NCBI GenBank assembly: GCA_964016885.1
Contig: OZ024743.1
Coordinates: 109,058,001-109,122,000 of the forward strand
Reading direction: 5' to 3'
Source of the DNA: Eledone cirrhosa
Taxonomy: Eukaryota
Length of the DNA stretch: 64,000 bases
Shown: positions 13,196 to 27,770 of the stretch, one piece after another
How positions within the stretch are numbered: position 1 is the first letter of the stretch
How the letters are laid out: every line of letters starts with the position of its first letter
The notes under the pieces: generated by a model
The model's database searches: none
Told to the model about the DNA's origin: nothing
Seen by the model: the letters and a program-made list of their open reading frames with translations, nothing else
Translations under genes and position numbers: made by a program

Positions 13196-13651
13196 GTATA
13201 TATGTGTGTGTATGTATATATATATATATATATATATATAAAGAGAAGAGAGAGAGAAATATATAGATATGTGTGTGTTTGTGTGTCTGTGTGGATATGT
13301 GTGTGATTAATGAAACGAGAGAGGTATTCAGGTTAACTACGAAATCATGACACAAAACATTTTTGCATATTCGTCCTGTTACTTATCGTCACTAATATTT
13401 ATTTTTCTTCTTTTCTGCCGCCGCTGGTATTTCATATATAGGGTATGTTATCAAACTAGCGTGCGTCTTTTGAAAAGGAGGGAAAATAATGTGTTCATTA
13501 GTTGAATCAATCTAGCGTAACAAGCACATACTAATTTTGAGATAGGATTTAAAAGGCCCCTATGTAAATATAGCCAAATGCAATCCTAAAAATGTCAGCG
13601 ACAATCTGCTGATAAGCCAAAGTAACACGTTTACAAAAATAAAAGTAAGAA

Positions 13652-14367
13652 TGGTTTCTCACATAAGCAGAAGGCCAATCATTTTGGGGGAGGAGAAAGT
13701 CGATTAAACGACCTCAGTACGTTACTGGTGCTTTATTTTATCGACCCCATAAGGATGAAAGGCAAAGTTAACCTCGGTGGGATTTGTACTCAGATCATAA
13801 AGGGCAGTAACTCTATGAGGTAAAGCATGTTGTACGACACCCTACCGATACTGCAAAGAATAATAATCTGTTTTTTATATAGCCACAAAGCCAACCATTT
13901 TGGAAGAAGGCTATTAAATCGACACCAGTGCGTGACTGGTACGTTATTATATCGACCAAAGGTAAATTTAACCTCGGCGGGATTTGAACTCAGATCATAA
14001 AGGGCCGTAACTGTATGCTGCAAAGCATGTTGTCCGACACCCTATCGATACTGCCAAGAATAATAATGACTTCTGATTTAGGCACATGGCAATAAATCTT
14101 TTCGACCCCCATAAGGATAAAAGGCAAATTTAACCTCGGCGATATTTTTAACTCAGACGGTAAATCTACGTAACTATGCTGCCATATATGGTCTGATACT
14201 CTACAGATATTGCCACTCCATCGATGTATGCAATAATATTAAGAATGGTTTCTGATTTAGGCACAAGGCAAACAATTTTGTGGGAGTGGGTGGTCCATTA
14301 AATTGACCAGTGCTTTACTGGTATTTTATTTTATCAACCCCTTAAGGATTAAAGTATTTGAATTCGG
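13652..14367 (-). mobile_element. Cluster of ~4 tandem, variably degraded SINE family A copies
   Basis: Recurrent aaggatgaaaggcaaagttaacctcgg / gatttgaactcaga / ccgatactgcc blocks separated by aataat. Confidence 0.85.
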
Positions 14368-14639
14368 AATGTTTTCTGAGAAAAGCATTAAGAAAGACAG
14401 AGGAATAAATCATTGAGTGTATGTGTAGGTTTTGAGCACAGACATTTTAAACGGGCAGGTAACAATAGAATTTTAACAATTGGTATTCCTCAATTGGAAG
14501 AAGTCCGGGAGTTGGGTAACAATAACATTTTAAACAGTATATATTCCTAAATAGTGAGGAAATGTCCGAGGGCTATTGGTGGAAATCTCCCCAGATACCC
14601 ACTTTGCTGTGACGGTTAGGTAATGTGACCCTTCCAATA

Positions 14640-15140
14640 TTTCCTCCTCGAATCTACATGTCCAGACACTTGGCTAATGGCTGCCACTCTCAACCACCTT
14701 TAAACAAACTGTTTGGGAGGCAGCATATCCCTCTCCACTCTGATTTTCCTTTTCATGTGAAATCTGAAATAGTTATTCAGTGTTTCCCCGAAGAGAAAAG
14801 TGCTTGTCTTCCATCCTTTCAAACTTGTTCACCCCACGATCTATCTTGCCATGGCCACCAGGCAGACAAAATTATTGCTAATCCAGATCCACCCTACACG
14901 TGGCAGCAGCTGTTCGACATAGACCCACAAAAAAAACATTACTCAGACATTCGAACAGAGCATGCAGGGGACAGTTTCGGCAAACTGCGTGTATCTCGAA
15001 CAGGCCCGCCTGATGGCATTTCCATGGCTGTAGTATTCATCTCGAACAGGAAATCCGCTCTGGTAGCACAGCCAGGCCAGGATTTCAGAAAGTTATCCAA
15101 GGGCCCTGGAATGAAAGTTCTCCGGAAAGCATTTGGAAGT
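14640..15140 (-). pseudogene. Old Tx1-clade LINE 3' ORF2 fragment
   Basis: Aligns by eye with 41540-42040 (ctgattttccttttca.atgaaat, gccatggccaccaggcaga, ggtagcac.gccaggccagga). Confidence 0.8.
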
Positions 15141-15252
15141 TGATTATATCGATAATAATGTTTTGTGCATTGAGCTTCTCTGTCCTAGGTGTCGAGATGG
15201 CACACGTTAAAAATAGAAGGAAAACTGAAGGAAGAAGAAAAAACACAAATAA

Positions 15253-15435
15253 TAATTGTTTCTACAACAAGCACAAGGACAGTAATTATCCCAGTGTATT
15301 ACTGGTACTTTATTTTATCGACCCCCGTTAGGATGAAAGGCTAAGTTAACCTCGACGGGATTTGAGATCAGAATGGCAAGGGCCGTAACTCTATGCGTCA
15401 AAGCATGGCGTCCGACCCTCTACCGATACTGCCAA
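15253..15435 (-). mobile_element. SINE family A
   Basis: Consensus match. Confidence 0.9.
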
Positions 15436-16417
15436 TTCACCGAAATAATAATAATGATATGTTAGAGGACCGTAGGAAGAATATAAATAACAAAATAAAA
15501 CAAAACAATAATATATTTGGGAAAAGGAAAATGTAGATTAAATTGACTCCAGTATTTAAATGATACTTTAGTGTATCCATCTTGGAAAAACAAAAGGCAA
15601 CTTTGGCCTCGGCAGTATACGAACTTAAACAAAGCCCGTAATTGAATACAGTAAATATTTTGTCAGACCCACTAAATATAGTGTCAGTGGTAAATAATTT
15701 CATGGGATAGGAGAAATCGATTATATTGACACTTATTTTTGATCGGCCCTTTATTTAATCGAACTCGAAAGGCAATGTTGACCAATACGTGATAGGAACT
15801 TCGAAAGAAAAGAGCCTTAATGAAAGGCCGTAAAACATAATTTGCGACAAATCCTAATAACAAAAACTATAAGAAAATATAATTCATATTAAATATAACA
15901 AAATTTGCCAGAATGGCGAAAAAAAAAATGCGAAATTCTTCATATATCATGGCATTGACGATATTATTGGGAGATTTTATATAAACAAGTCACAATTTAC
16001 AAAATGTTAATACAATTTAATAGATGCAACCTTATAGCTAGACACATTCATTCACATACCCTTAAGTGCACATGAACACAAGTATGTTTATATATGAACA
16101 TACATATGCATATATAAATATATACGTCCCAATTATGTAATATAGAACCAATCTCTACCGGATATTCCTGGGGGTTTTTTTCCTACGAATGAAACAATTC
16201 TATTCCTGTAGAAGTAATTTTCTATATACAATTAAAAAAATGATATGTCTATTGTTAAACATTTTATTTAATGTTTTTCTATTTGGGGGTCGGGATGGGG
16301 GGTTCGTGGTGGGTAAATATATTTTTATTTGCAGTATGATCCTTCCAAATTATAACAATATCCGTTTCAACACACGAACTCACATCATGAATCTTGCAAG
16401 GCAAATGCGAAAGCGAA

Positions 16418-16579
<162 letters not shown>

Positions 16580-17229
16580 TGAGAGAGTGAGATGACAAAC
16601 CGATATGACGAATTCGGTCATTAGCCGAGTCCATCGCAAGGATGTTTCCAATTCTTCTTTTGGCCAGAAAACGAAGATGTATCTTCTGTTCAGAGGCCAT
16701 ATCAAATGAGAGTATCTAGGACACCAGGTTGAGAATATTGACAACATTTCGTTTTTTTCAACTAAGTCCGTATGCTGAAGTCTTCGCTTAGGATGTGACT
16801 ATGAACCAGAGATCATGTGTGGAAAAATAAATTTACTCATGCTTGTCACGGTAAACTTCAATATATAATTTGACTAACCATACATCCCAGTAAAATCTCC
16901 TGGGATGTCTTATTTCTTATATTTAAGTCTGATTATTTAGTCTGCTTTTTGGGGGCGTGGAGTGGGGGGTTATAAATAATTGATTCTATATAAACTTAGA
17001 CCGCATCTGCTAATAGATTTCTGAATTACACTCTTTCAAATAAATTGCAACACTCATTTAAATATATGAAAAATACGCGATAAAACGATAAAGCAAGAAA
17101 CCAGTCTGGTTTTATACAGAACACATATACGCGATTATAAACGCATTTGTATGTATGCATGTATGTATGTCTCTCTATATATATACACACATGAAACTTA
17201 CGTATATATATATGTATATAAATATATGG

Positions 17230-17266
<37 letters not shown>

Positions 17267-19009
17267 TGTGTGCGCACGCGCGAGTGTCTGTGTGTATATA
17301 GTAACACGTACATACGCACACAAACAACATCCACTAAAAATATTGCCCCTTAAATATCATTCAGCCCTTCCAAACTACATGATATCATCAAACGACTTGC
17401 TGCTGATATGTGGTATTATTAATAACATATTAAATTCTCTAACGACTAGTCAGATGACACTGATAATTTTTATGGTTTTCCTTTATTGTATTAATAATAG
17501 TTTAGTTATGTTTTTGTGTGCGTGTCCGTCTATTTCTTTTGTTTGTTCTTTTGATAGTCTGTTAATATTTGTCTCTATATCCTTTTGTTTTTTGTTTCAC
17601 AGATGATTATTTGAGTTTATGATTCTTTTATTTACTGCATTTTTTGTTCGTTTGTTATATAGTAATATTTCTCCTACTGGGAGTAAATGGTGTAATTATA
17701 TTTTGATTATTTGGGTTTCATATAGTAATATTAGTATCAAAGTTTGGCATAAGTCCATGGTTGTAATGCAATAACTGGGACGTTATTGAAATTAGAACTC
17801 TTACAATACTGGTACACTCTTTATAAAACTTGTAGAAATCAACGAGTAAAAGCTAGTGCAATTTGTAATCAAACCCTAAATTATATGATCTGATGAGCAG
17901 TTATTTGAGAGTTTTAATTTTTGGTTCTATCTCTCAGAAGCAAGGTACATCTTTCTTTCTTGACACAACGAAAAGTGATTACATATCATTCAACGCTTCT
18001 TAAAAACCAAGCTTGTATTTCTTGGCTGGATATATGTAATACCCAGTAATATACTGGTGTACAAATACAAGCCATTTTAAAGCAATTATTTAAGCTATAT
18101 TAAATGTATTACTATTGTAGTGCTTCTCTCTACTTAAATAAGACTAATACTATATATATATATATATATATATATAAGGATAAATTTGTGATTAAATTGA
18201 AACAGCAAATAGTATAGATGTGGGTAGGGGTAACCAGCTTGGCGACTGCCAAATGTATATCAATTAATGCACTAATTAGGGTTCCAGTGAAGATACAATG
18301 ATTCACTGCATAATTTACAGTATCTAATTCATCAATCGATGATTTAATTTTAATTAAGATAATATTGCTAAATTTATTATAAACATCATTACACACGAGA
18401 AATGGTGTTGGACGTCCATCAGATCCAGCCAGGAGTATTCGAGTTGTTCGAAAAAAAGAAGAGCCTGCTGGAGAAATTACGGGGAGAGTGACGACGATGT
18501 CTTTCATCCGCGATCGATGAAATAATTTATTGGGCAAATACTGACGTTAATTTAGTCGAATAATCCTACAAGCCCAGTTTTCTGCTATGTTAGAAACTAT
18601 TACATGATAAGACATGCAGTTGGTAGAATCGTTTGAGCGCTGGTCACCAAACATTTATATAATTTAGTCACACCAGTATACGTGTTAATGTTCAGTTTAC
18701 TTTAATGCTTATGTTGCATTTAATTTCCTGCAAGTCGGAAACAATTGTCACACATTTATACCAAGACTTTATTCGGTTTCTTGAATTATTTCCCTATAAA
18801 TATAAATATAAATTGATATCATAATTAAATATATATCCTGGTGGATTGCATTGTATAAAATTGTTATAGTTCATGTCTCTCTGAGGTCAACGTCGACTTT
18901 CATACTTTGTAGGTAACAAAAAGTATTTGGCTCGATACAATCAACATACTGCTCCCCACAATCGATGGACTAATACCTAAATTAAAAATTATTATTAAAT
19001 AATAAGTGA

Positions 19010-19538
19010 ATTCATATCCCGCCAAGGTTAGCTTTACCTTTCCTTATTATGTGTTCGATACAATAAAGTACCAGTAACGCACAGGGGTCGATATAATCTT
19101 CCCAGAAATTGTTGGGCATGTGCCTGAATGAGAAAACATTATTAAATATAAAGTTGGATTGGCAGTATCGGTAGAGGGTATGATGCCATCCTTTGCCATT
19201 CTGTGTTCAAATCCCGCCGAGGTTATTTTTTCCTTTCATCCAGACGGGTTCGATAAAATAAAGTACCAGTAATGCACTGGGTAATTGCTGGCCTTGTGCC
19301 AAAAGTAGAAACAATTATTAAATATAAAGACGGATTGGCGGTGGATTGGCAGTATCGGTAGTGGGTCGGACGCCATGCTTTGACACATAGACTTACGGCC
19401 CTTGCCATTCTGAATTCCAATCCTGCCGAAGTTAACTTTGCTTTCATCCTTACGGAGTCGATAAAATAAAATACCAGTAATGCACTGGGTAATTGCTGGC
19501 CTTGTGCTAAAAGTAGAAACAATTATTAAATATAAAGT
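19010..19538 (+). mobile_element. Three tandem SINE family A copies, each followed by attattaaatataaag
   Basis: Copies at ~19010-19140, 19156-19316 and 19336-19523. Confidence 0.88.
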
Positions 19539-20678
19539 TGTTCTCAGCGTGAGTTGAACTCAAAAGATAAGTTCAAGTTATTGTAAATGGCGACGCCTTC
19601 TTTCAAGTTGTTTGTGGTATTTAGACGACAATTTAGTGATGAATTTAACTGAAAGGCAAACATATATCCACTTTGACTTGACATGTGAAAATGTGCAGCT
19701 ATATCAAATACACATGAATCCAACGACTTTCGAAATATAAGAGGCTTCTGACTACAAAACAAATTTTGAAATGATAAAATCTCTAAATCATCAGAGAAAT
19801 GATTTGTATCATTTCTTCCGGTACAATACAAACTCAGCTCATATCTTGCTGAGGTTTATTCTGGATTTCAACCTTTTAGGGATGAGTAAAATAAGTAACC
19901 ACTCAAGTACTGGGTCGATTTAATCAACTTTACTCTTGTCCAAATATGATTGTTTTGTACCAATGTTGAAATAATGGTGTCAGATTTATGCCCAAGACCA
20001 ACAATTTTGGTGGAGAGCAAAGTCGATTAACACGACACAATACATTACTGGTACTTTATTTTATTGTCGCAGCAAGGATGAAAGGCAAAGTTTAGATCAG
20101 TGGGATTCGAACTCAGGATGTACAGATGTGTAACTGGAAACCGCAAAGAATCCTGTCCGACGCTCTAACGATTTTGCCAAACAAGAAGTCCAGCAATTTG
20201 AAGGAAACTGAAAAATCGATTAAATTGATCCCAGTGTATTACTGATATTGTTTTATTCTATGGACTCCGAATGTACGAATTGTACAACTAATGGCTGCGC
20301 ATTTGAACACAGAAGTTACATGTTGAAAGTTCAAATAGTCCTGAGGTAAGATTTGGCTTTCATTCTTCTGTACTTTATAAATGAAGTCACTTGCCAATTA
20401 ATTTGAACGATTTACCTGTTCCTCCTCTAAATTAATGCCTTTGTAGATAAAGTAGAAAGCTATATTAAAAAGTAGTATGAGTAGTATCATCAGTAGCAAA
20501 TATTATCACGAGGGGAGGAGCAATAGATAAAAAAGAGAAGAGAAAGTAATAGTAGGAGACGGCAGGGGTTGGAGATTGAAAAGTATGAAGTACTTATAAA
20601 TACAAACCAGTCATCGGGTACATAAAAGTAATAAATGGTCTCTAACACGAAACAATGTTAAATAGACCTATTAAAATC

Positions 20679-20737
<59 letters not shown>

Positions 20738-20758
20738 CATACTTACACACACACAAAC

Positions 20759-20811
<53 letters not shown>

Positions 20812-20832
20812 CATACTTACACACACACAAAC

Positions 20833-20887
<55 letters not shown>

Positions 20888-21257
20888 CGCACACACACAC
20901 GCGTAAGTTTGTTTATCTGTTGCCTTTAATCCCTAACGTACTTTCCACTTCATAATATATATCAGTAATAATGCTAATAATCTCTAAACGTCATCATTAT
21001 GATGGTAAGCACTGCAATGACCAGAACTATTGAGACCATTAGGGATTACAAGGATTCAAATATTCATGTAAAATAAATAAACGAATATTTATCAATTATA
21101 ATATCTCTACATCTATGCATCCATGCATTCTCATATACTCACGGAAAATCACACACATAAACATATTATACACACGCATATATATATATATATATATATA
21201 GCGGCGATGAATTATTAATTCTGGCAATATTACACAAATATGACCCTCCCCAAGTAT

Positions 21258-21291
<34 letters not shown>

Positions 21292-21367
21292 CGAGGGAAA
21301 AGTGGTAAGGAACAAGGTGGACCATAACGCACCAAAGTACTCAATACTTAGGGTAGTAGAGTGGGAA

Positions 21368-21465
21368 ATAGGAGTAAGTAAGACCCCGACGGCTGAGCTG
21401 AAGCCGTTTCGACGGCTATTAGCCGTCGAAACGGCTTGAGCTCAGACGTCGGGGTCTTACTTACT

Positions 21466-21470
<5 letters not shown>
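21368..21470. repeat. 103-bp near-perfect palindrome
   Basis: 51-bp arms centred on 21419 with 2 mismatches. Confidence 0.95.
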
Positions 21471-21528
<58 letters not shown>

Positions 21529-21599
21529 ATATGTACATATGTATATATGTATATATGTATATATATATGTGTATGTATATATATGTATATATATATATG

Positions 21600-21631
<32 letters not shown>

Positions 21632-21661
21632 TGTATATATATGTTACTAGATATATTAATT

Positions 21662-21731
<70 letters not shown>

Positions 21732-21911
21732 AATTAATATATCTAGTAACATATATATACACAGATGCATATTTATGCTAGCAAATAGGTTTTGTCTTAG
21801 TAACTTTGTGGTTCAATGCATGGGGATGCAGAACAATAATATGAGAGACGTAAAATAAATATATATATATATATATATATATAATAATTATATATATATA
21901 TATATATAATA

Positions 21912-21951
<40 letters not shown>

Positions 21952-21981
21952 CTGTGTGTAACACATACACACACATGTATG

Positions 21982-22104
<123 letters not shown>

Positions 22105-22671
22105 CAGTGTATGCATCTATATCTAGATATGAATGCACCAACTCAATGACGAATATATAGAAAAGTTTATAGACAAAGGCTATAAGAACAAATAAGCAAC
22201 ATGATGAAATAATAATCGTGTACTTTCTGAAGTAGATGGGACTGTACCTGTTAAACCTACTATTAATTTATAAAACAACTGAAACGTACTGGAATACTCT
22301 TACAGTTTCTATTTAATATTTATATGAAGAGTTTTTCATGCACTGGGCAAGGAATTTGGAAAAACAAGATATCATCAATTGAATTGATGCTAGTATATGG
22401 CGGCTGTTTATTTTGCCGGGACCGTGGACTAGATTGTATATACATTCTTATATATGTATATATGTATGTATATAAATTCTAGTCCACGGTCGCGGTAAAA
22501 TAAACATATATATATATCCATCCATCAGAGTGAGTATCCAAGAGCGATGTAGATCTTTGAATATTCTGTAGATAAAGTGATCATTCTTGTTAATTTCGAG
22601 CTCAGGATAATGGTGATTCCGAGAGTTGACACCGGATACATAGCTTTAACAAATAATACATTGAAAACAAA

Positions 22672-22709
<38 letters not shown>

Positions 22710-23010
22710 GATTCGGTGATGACCATGGTTTGGCAAGCAGAAAGTTCCCTTCCGAGGGACAGATTCAGGCTAGTCTGTTTGTTGCGATCCAGCAGTTATC
22801 CATATTTAGCGATCTCAGCTCTCGCCGCAATGTTTACCAAAACATTGCTAGAGTACTCACTGAATAACAGTAATGTGTGCACTCTGAATGTTAGGATGTA
22901 ATTTCACCCCGCAAGCTTATTATCGCATTGAGTGAGTGGGTCATATACATACATATATATACACATACATGAGTGAGTAGGTCATATATATATATATATA
23001 TACATATATA

Positions 23011-23604
23011 TGGTGGCTGCCAACTCGTTTTCGAGTACGGCCACTACTTTATATCCATGTAGGAGAACCCCTACCGATGCGTTGAACGAGTGTGTCTTTT
23101 TAGTCCAGCCAGCGACTTGAACACTCTGGTACAAACACTACACTTGTGACAACTATTGACACATAGTGCTGGGCCCATGGTACCATGTGACGAGAAGTGC
23201 AGAGAGATCTCCATATATAAAGCAATGCCTGTGTCGTGAAGCTTTCATAGTGAGCAAAGGTACTGCACAAAGCCAGTGCCACTCTCTTAACCAAGACGAT
23301 ATTTACCAAAAAGAAGAACAAGTCGACATCATTGGATACCATCAGGGTTGCAGTGTTATTTCAGAGTTTTCCTTCTCCTCGAATTCTGCCTTGAAAAAGG
23401 CTAAGGGGTCATCTCTCCTGGTGATTTTGGATGGCCATTGACTCTTAAGAGCTCCTTTTCCCTTTGACAGGTTTTGTTGTTAGTCCTGCAAGATGTCCAA
23501 AGTCACCCTCCTCACCAATAATCCTTGGTGGGGTTACCAGTTTAGTCGCCAACGACCCGACCATGAGACAGGTTGTACAGGGATACATGTTACCAGTAGC
23601 ACAT
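23011..23604 (-). mobile_element. Non-autonomous RTE-derived element (~590 bp)
   Basis: The minus strand carries the RTE 5'-UTR-type motif aggagaaggaaaactctga. No RT coding sequence. Ends at a (TATG)/(TA) tail. Confidence 0.55.
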
Positions 23605-23684
23605 ATATACATATATATATACACATACATACATACATACATACAGACTTACACACATATATGTATGTATGTATGATGACTCCT

Positions 23685-24134
23685 TAGCCTTGGTCCGGGA
23701 GAGATGACCCCTTAGCATTTGTCCGGGAGAGATGACCCCTTAGCCTTTGTCAAGGCAGAATTCTAGGAGAAGGAAAACTTTGATATAACACCTGCAACCC
23801 TGATGGCATCCAATGATGTTGACTTGTTCTTCTTTTTGGTAAATATTATCTTGGTTAAGAGAGTGAGACTGGCTTTGTGCAGTGCCTTTGCTCACTATAA
23901 AAGCTTCACGGCACAGGCATTGCTTTATATCTGGAGATCTCTCTGCACTTGTCGTCACATGGTACCATGTGCCCAGCACTATGTGTCAATAATTGTCACA
24001 AGTGTAGTGTTTGTACCAGAGTTTTCAAGTCGCTGGCTGGACTAAAAAGTCACAATTGTTCAGCGCATCGTTAAAAGTTCTCCTACATGGATATAAAGTA
24101 ATGGCCGTACTCGAAAACGAGTCGGCAGCCACCA
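23685..24134 (+). mobile_element. 5'-truncated second copy of the same element, inverted, with a (TATG)n tail
   Basis: Reverse complement of 23011-23420. Contains ctaggagaaggaaaactttga and is followed by (gtat)n. Confidence 0.7.
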
Positions 24135-25998
24135 TGTATGTATGTATGTATGTATGTGTGTATGTATGTTTGTATGTATGTATGTATGTATATGCGTATC
24201 TGTCTGTGTGCGTGTGCGGCGTGTCTTGATTTCGAATCTATTTTCCTCATTTTTGTTTCGTAATGTTTTATTTTTTCACACTTTCACTCTCTAATCATGT
24301 AAATCTGTCTTATACATTGTCAATACTGAAATTAACGTGATAAACTACTTAGTGATGTTACTGTGGTTATTTTTGTAAAGTTAATGTTACCTCTGTTATT
24401 TGTAGTAGTTTTGTTACAAGTGTTGGAACAGGTGAAGCAAGTAAAATATATATATATAAATTAAGATGAACATCGCTCACAAACTAGCGATATATTTTAA
24501 GTGAATAGTCATTTAAAGTTTGTTAAAGTTGTTAAAGATGATAAAGAAAGTTCATTTGAAATTCAGAATAGTAATTATTGTTAACAACGCCTTAGTTAAA
24601 AGAGAAATTCGGAAAGCAAAAGTGTACTAAGGCGTTTTAGCTAGGAGTGGTGTAGATAATTGCTTCTTTCTTCAGCTTTGTAATATTTACCATATTTCGA
24701 ATGAAAGATGTTGCTAAATATGTTGTCACAAATGTAGTAATATAACTAATTTTCTCGTTATTAAACTGCGTTTGGAAAGAAAGAATTCTTAGATAGAATT
24801 ATGATGTCAGTTCATTGACGGTAATTATGAATACTTTAACTTTTATGTGTCATAAAACACTCGATGGTTTCAGGTGAATTGGTATCGAATGAGTTCATAT
24901 AACCTGCTTCATTACAAACATTAGTGTCGAAGTATTCGATCCTGCGTCACATTCCACAGATAACTGAATTACGTGACATCTTCTCGTAATTCTCTAGCAG
25001 AATCTGTATTTAAATGCCTAGACAATTTAATTAAATATGCTACCCGTAATTTAAACTGAAATACAACAGGGTGACATTAAAAACCCCGCCAAGCGTTAAA
25101 TTTTGAATAACATTTAAATACGGTGTCCAGGCTTTCATAACAACATCCTGAACAATGCGGGGCAATACCAAAACACGTGAATAATACGCCATTATAGTAT
25201 TGTTTTCTGAGTCTAACAAAATGCTGTGTGGTATATCGTTTACGACTTTCTCGGTTTATTGTTCAAGTCCCGCCGATGTCAGCTTTACCTTTCATGCACC
25301 TGGGTCCATAAAATAAAGCTCCAGTTAAGAATTGGGGTGAAGATATTACGATATTCCCTTCAGTCAAATAAAACTCACTCCCACGCATAGACATAAGCAT
25401 TCGTTCATAATTACATATGTTTGCCTTTTCATTTACATAGGAATCCCTCTTTAAATTGATCTAGATATGAACATTTGATGCGAAACGTTGGATCACAAGT
25501 AGGGTGAGAGGATCATAAACAGATAAGACTATAGGTTACATGGTATTTGTTGGAATCATTCAAACACATTGAAAAAACTGACACTAGATTAGTATTGTAT
25601 TTTAACTATTAGGTAAAAATTAATTCCGAACCTTCTAAGGACAGGGCTTCTTTACTGCCACTTAGCGTGGTAGAAACAGCTGAATATTACTCAACAGAAT
25701 ACAACAGATACATCAAATAATCTAGATCTTAATATAATGTAAGAAAACATAGAGAGGATGGACTCGGCTGATTTGTTTGTTCTGTTTTTCCTCATAGATT
25801 TCTACGATAATGAATGGAGTCTGGTTAATTGAGGTAGTTTAAACCGAAGGAGAATCATAATCATTTAACAGTTATCCAATCAGTTATCTCATCTCTGTCT
25901 ACGCACACACATCTATCTGACTACCTATCTATCGGTATATCTGTATATGTGTATATTTGTCTATCCTTCACTCTACACACTCTCTTTCTCTCACTCTG

Positions 25999-26072
<74 letters not shown>

Positions 26073-27503
26073 TGTGTGTGTGAACATACATTTATACGAA
26101 TGTGTTACATAGTGTATATACACAATTACATATATATTTATATGTATGTATATATGTGTGTATATATGTATGTATATATGTGTGTATATATGTATGTATA
26201 TATGTATGTATATGTGTATGTATATATGTGTGTATATATGTATGTATATATGTGTGTATATATGTATACATATATATTTATATGTATGTATATATGTATG
26301 TATATATATGTGTATATATGTATATATGTGTGTGTGTGTATGTGTGTGTATGTGTGTGTGTGTGTATGCATGTATGTATATATATACGACATTATCAAAG
26401 TACCAATCAATAGATATAATGAACTAGTGAATAAATCAGTATTATTCGGTTGTCACCTCATAATGCAGACAATACTCCTCCTACTCCTCCTACTGATACC
26501 AACAATATAAAGTCTTTATCACTCTACATGTAAATCATATGTATGTATGTATGTAGATATATGTTTATATTTATTGTGTGCATATATGCATAGATGCATG
26601 TGTGTATGCATGTATGTATGCATGCATATACGTATGTATATATGTATATATATATAAATATATGTCTCAATCCCCCATCTCTCTCTGTATATATATATAT
26701 ATATATATATACTTATATATATACATATATTTATATATATATAGATACGTATATATATATATACACACACACACACATGCACACACACACACACGCACAC
26801 ACACACGCATATATATATATATATAAATATGTATATATATATATATATATATACATTTACCTATATATGACTCAACACCAAAAGGAGACTATACGACCTT
26901 GTAATATCGATTAAGTAGACAAAGAACACCGTGAAGAATAAAAAAAATCGATACGTGTCATTAATCTCCAGTGCAAGTTCCATGCGTTCTCTATTGAATT
27001 ACACTATCGCCTTTTCTCTTTCCCTCTCTCTATAACTATGATAATCTCTCTCACTCTCTCAATTAGTTATTCGACGTCGTGCTCACTCAGCAACACACAG
27101 ATAAGTCCACACACTTTCACACATACAGGCACAGACACACACACACACACACCTTCTCTCAGTCCCTATCTCTTTCTCTCTCTCTCTCACTCTATGTTGT
27201 CTATCTAGTTACACTCTTCTTTCGTGCTCTAACTAGTTACTATCTTAAAGATCGACGAACTCGTGATCGCATTCGTCATCATCATCATCAGCATCATCAT
27301 CTTCATCTTCATCTTAATTGTTTTCATTATCATCATCATCACCATCCTCATCATTTTCATCATATTAATTGTCATCACCTATGACATGTTCGTCGTTTAC
27401 TTCATCGTCCCCATCATCGTTGTTCTACGCTCCTAAACAATCCTATCTACATCATCATCATTATCAACGCCCTCACACACATGGGCACATACACACACCT
27501 ACA

Positions 27504-27583
<80 letters not shown>

Positions 27584-27670
27584 ATATATATATGTACACA
27601 CGCAATTATATATATATATATATATGCATGTGAACATACATATCTATATATGTATGTATATATTTATATA

Positions 27671-27770
<100 letters not shown>

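Noticed and set aside
14625-15143. 172-aa plus-strand ORF as a host gene
   Set aside because: It is the antisense frame of a Tx1 ORF2 remnant.
19010-19538. CRISPR-like repeat/spacer appearance of the SINE arrays
   Set aside because: The 'spacers' are homologous SINE copies and the 'repeats' are TSDs. The context is eukaryotic with no cas genes.
27274-27470. His-rich ORF
   Set aside because: It is a degenerate (CAT)n microsatellite.
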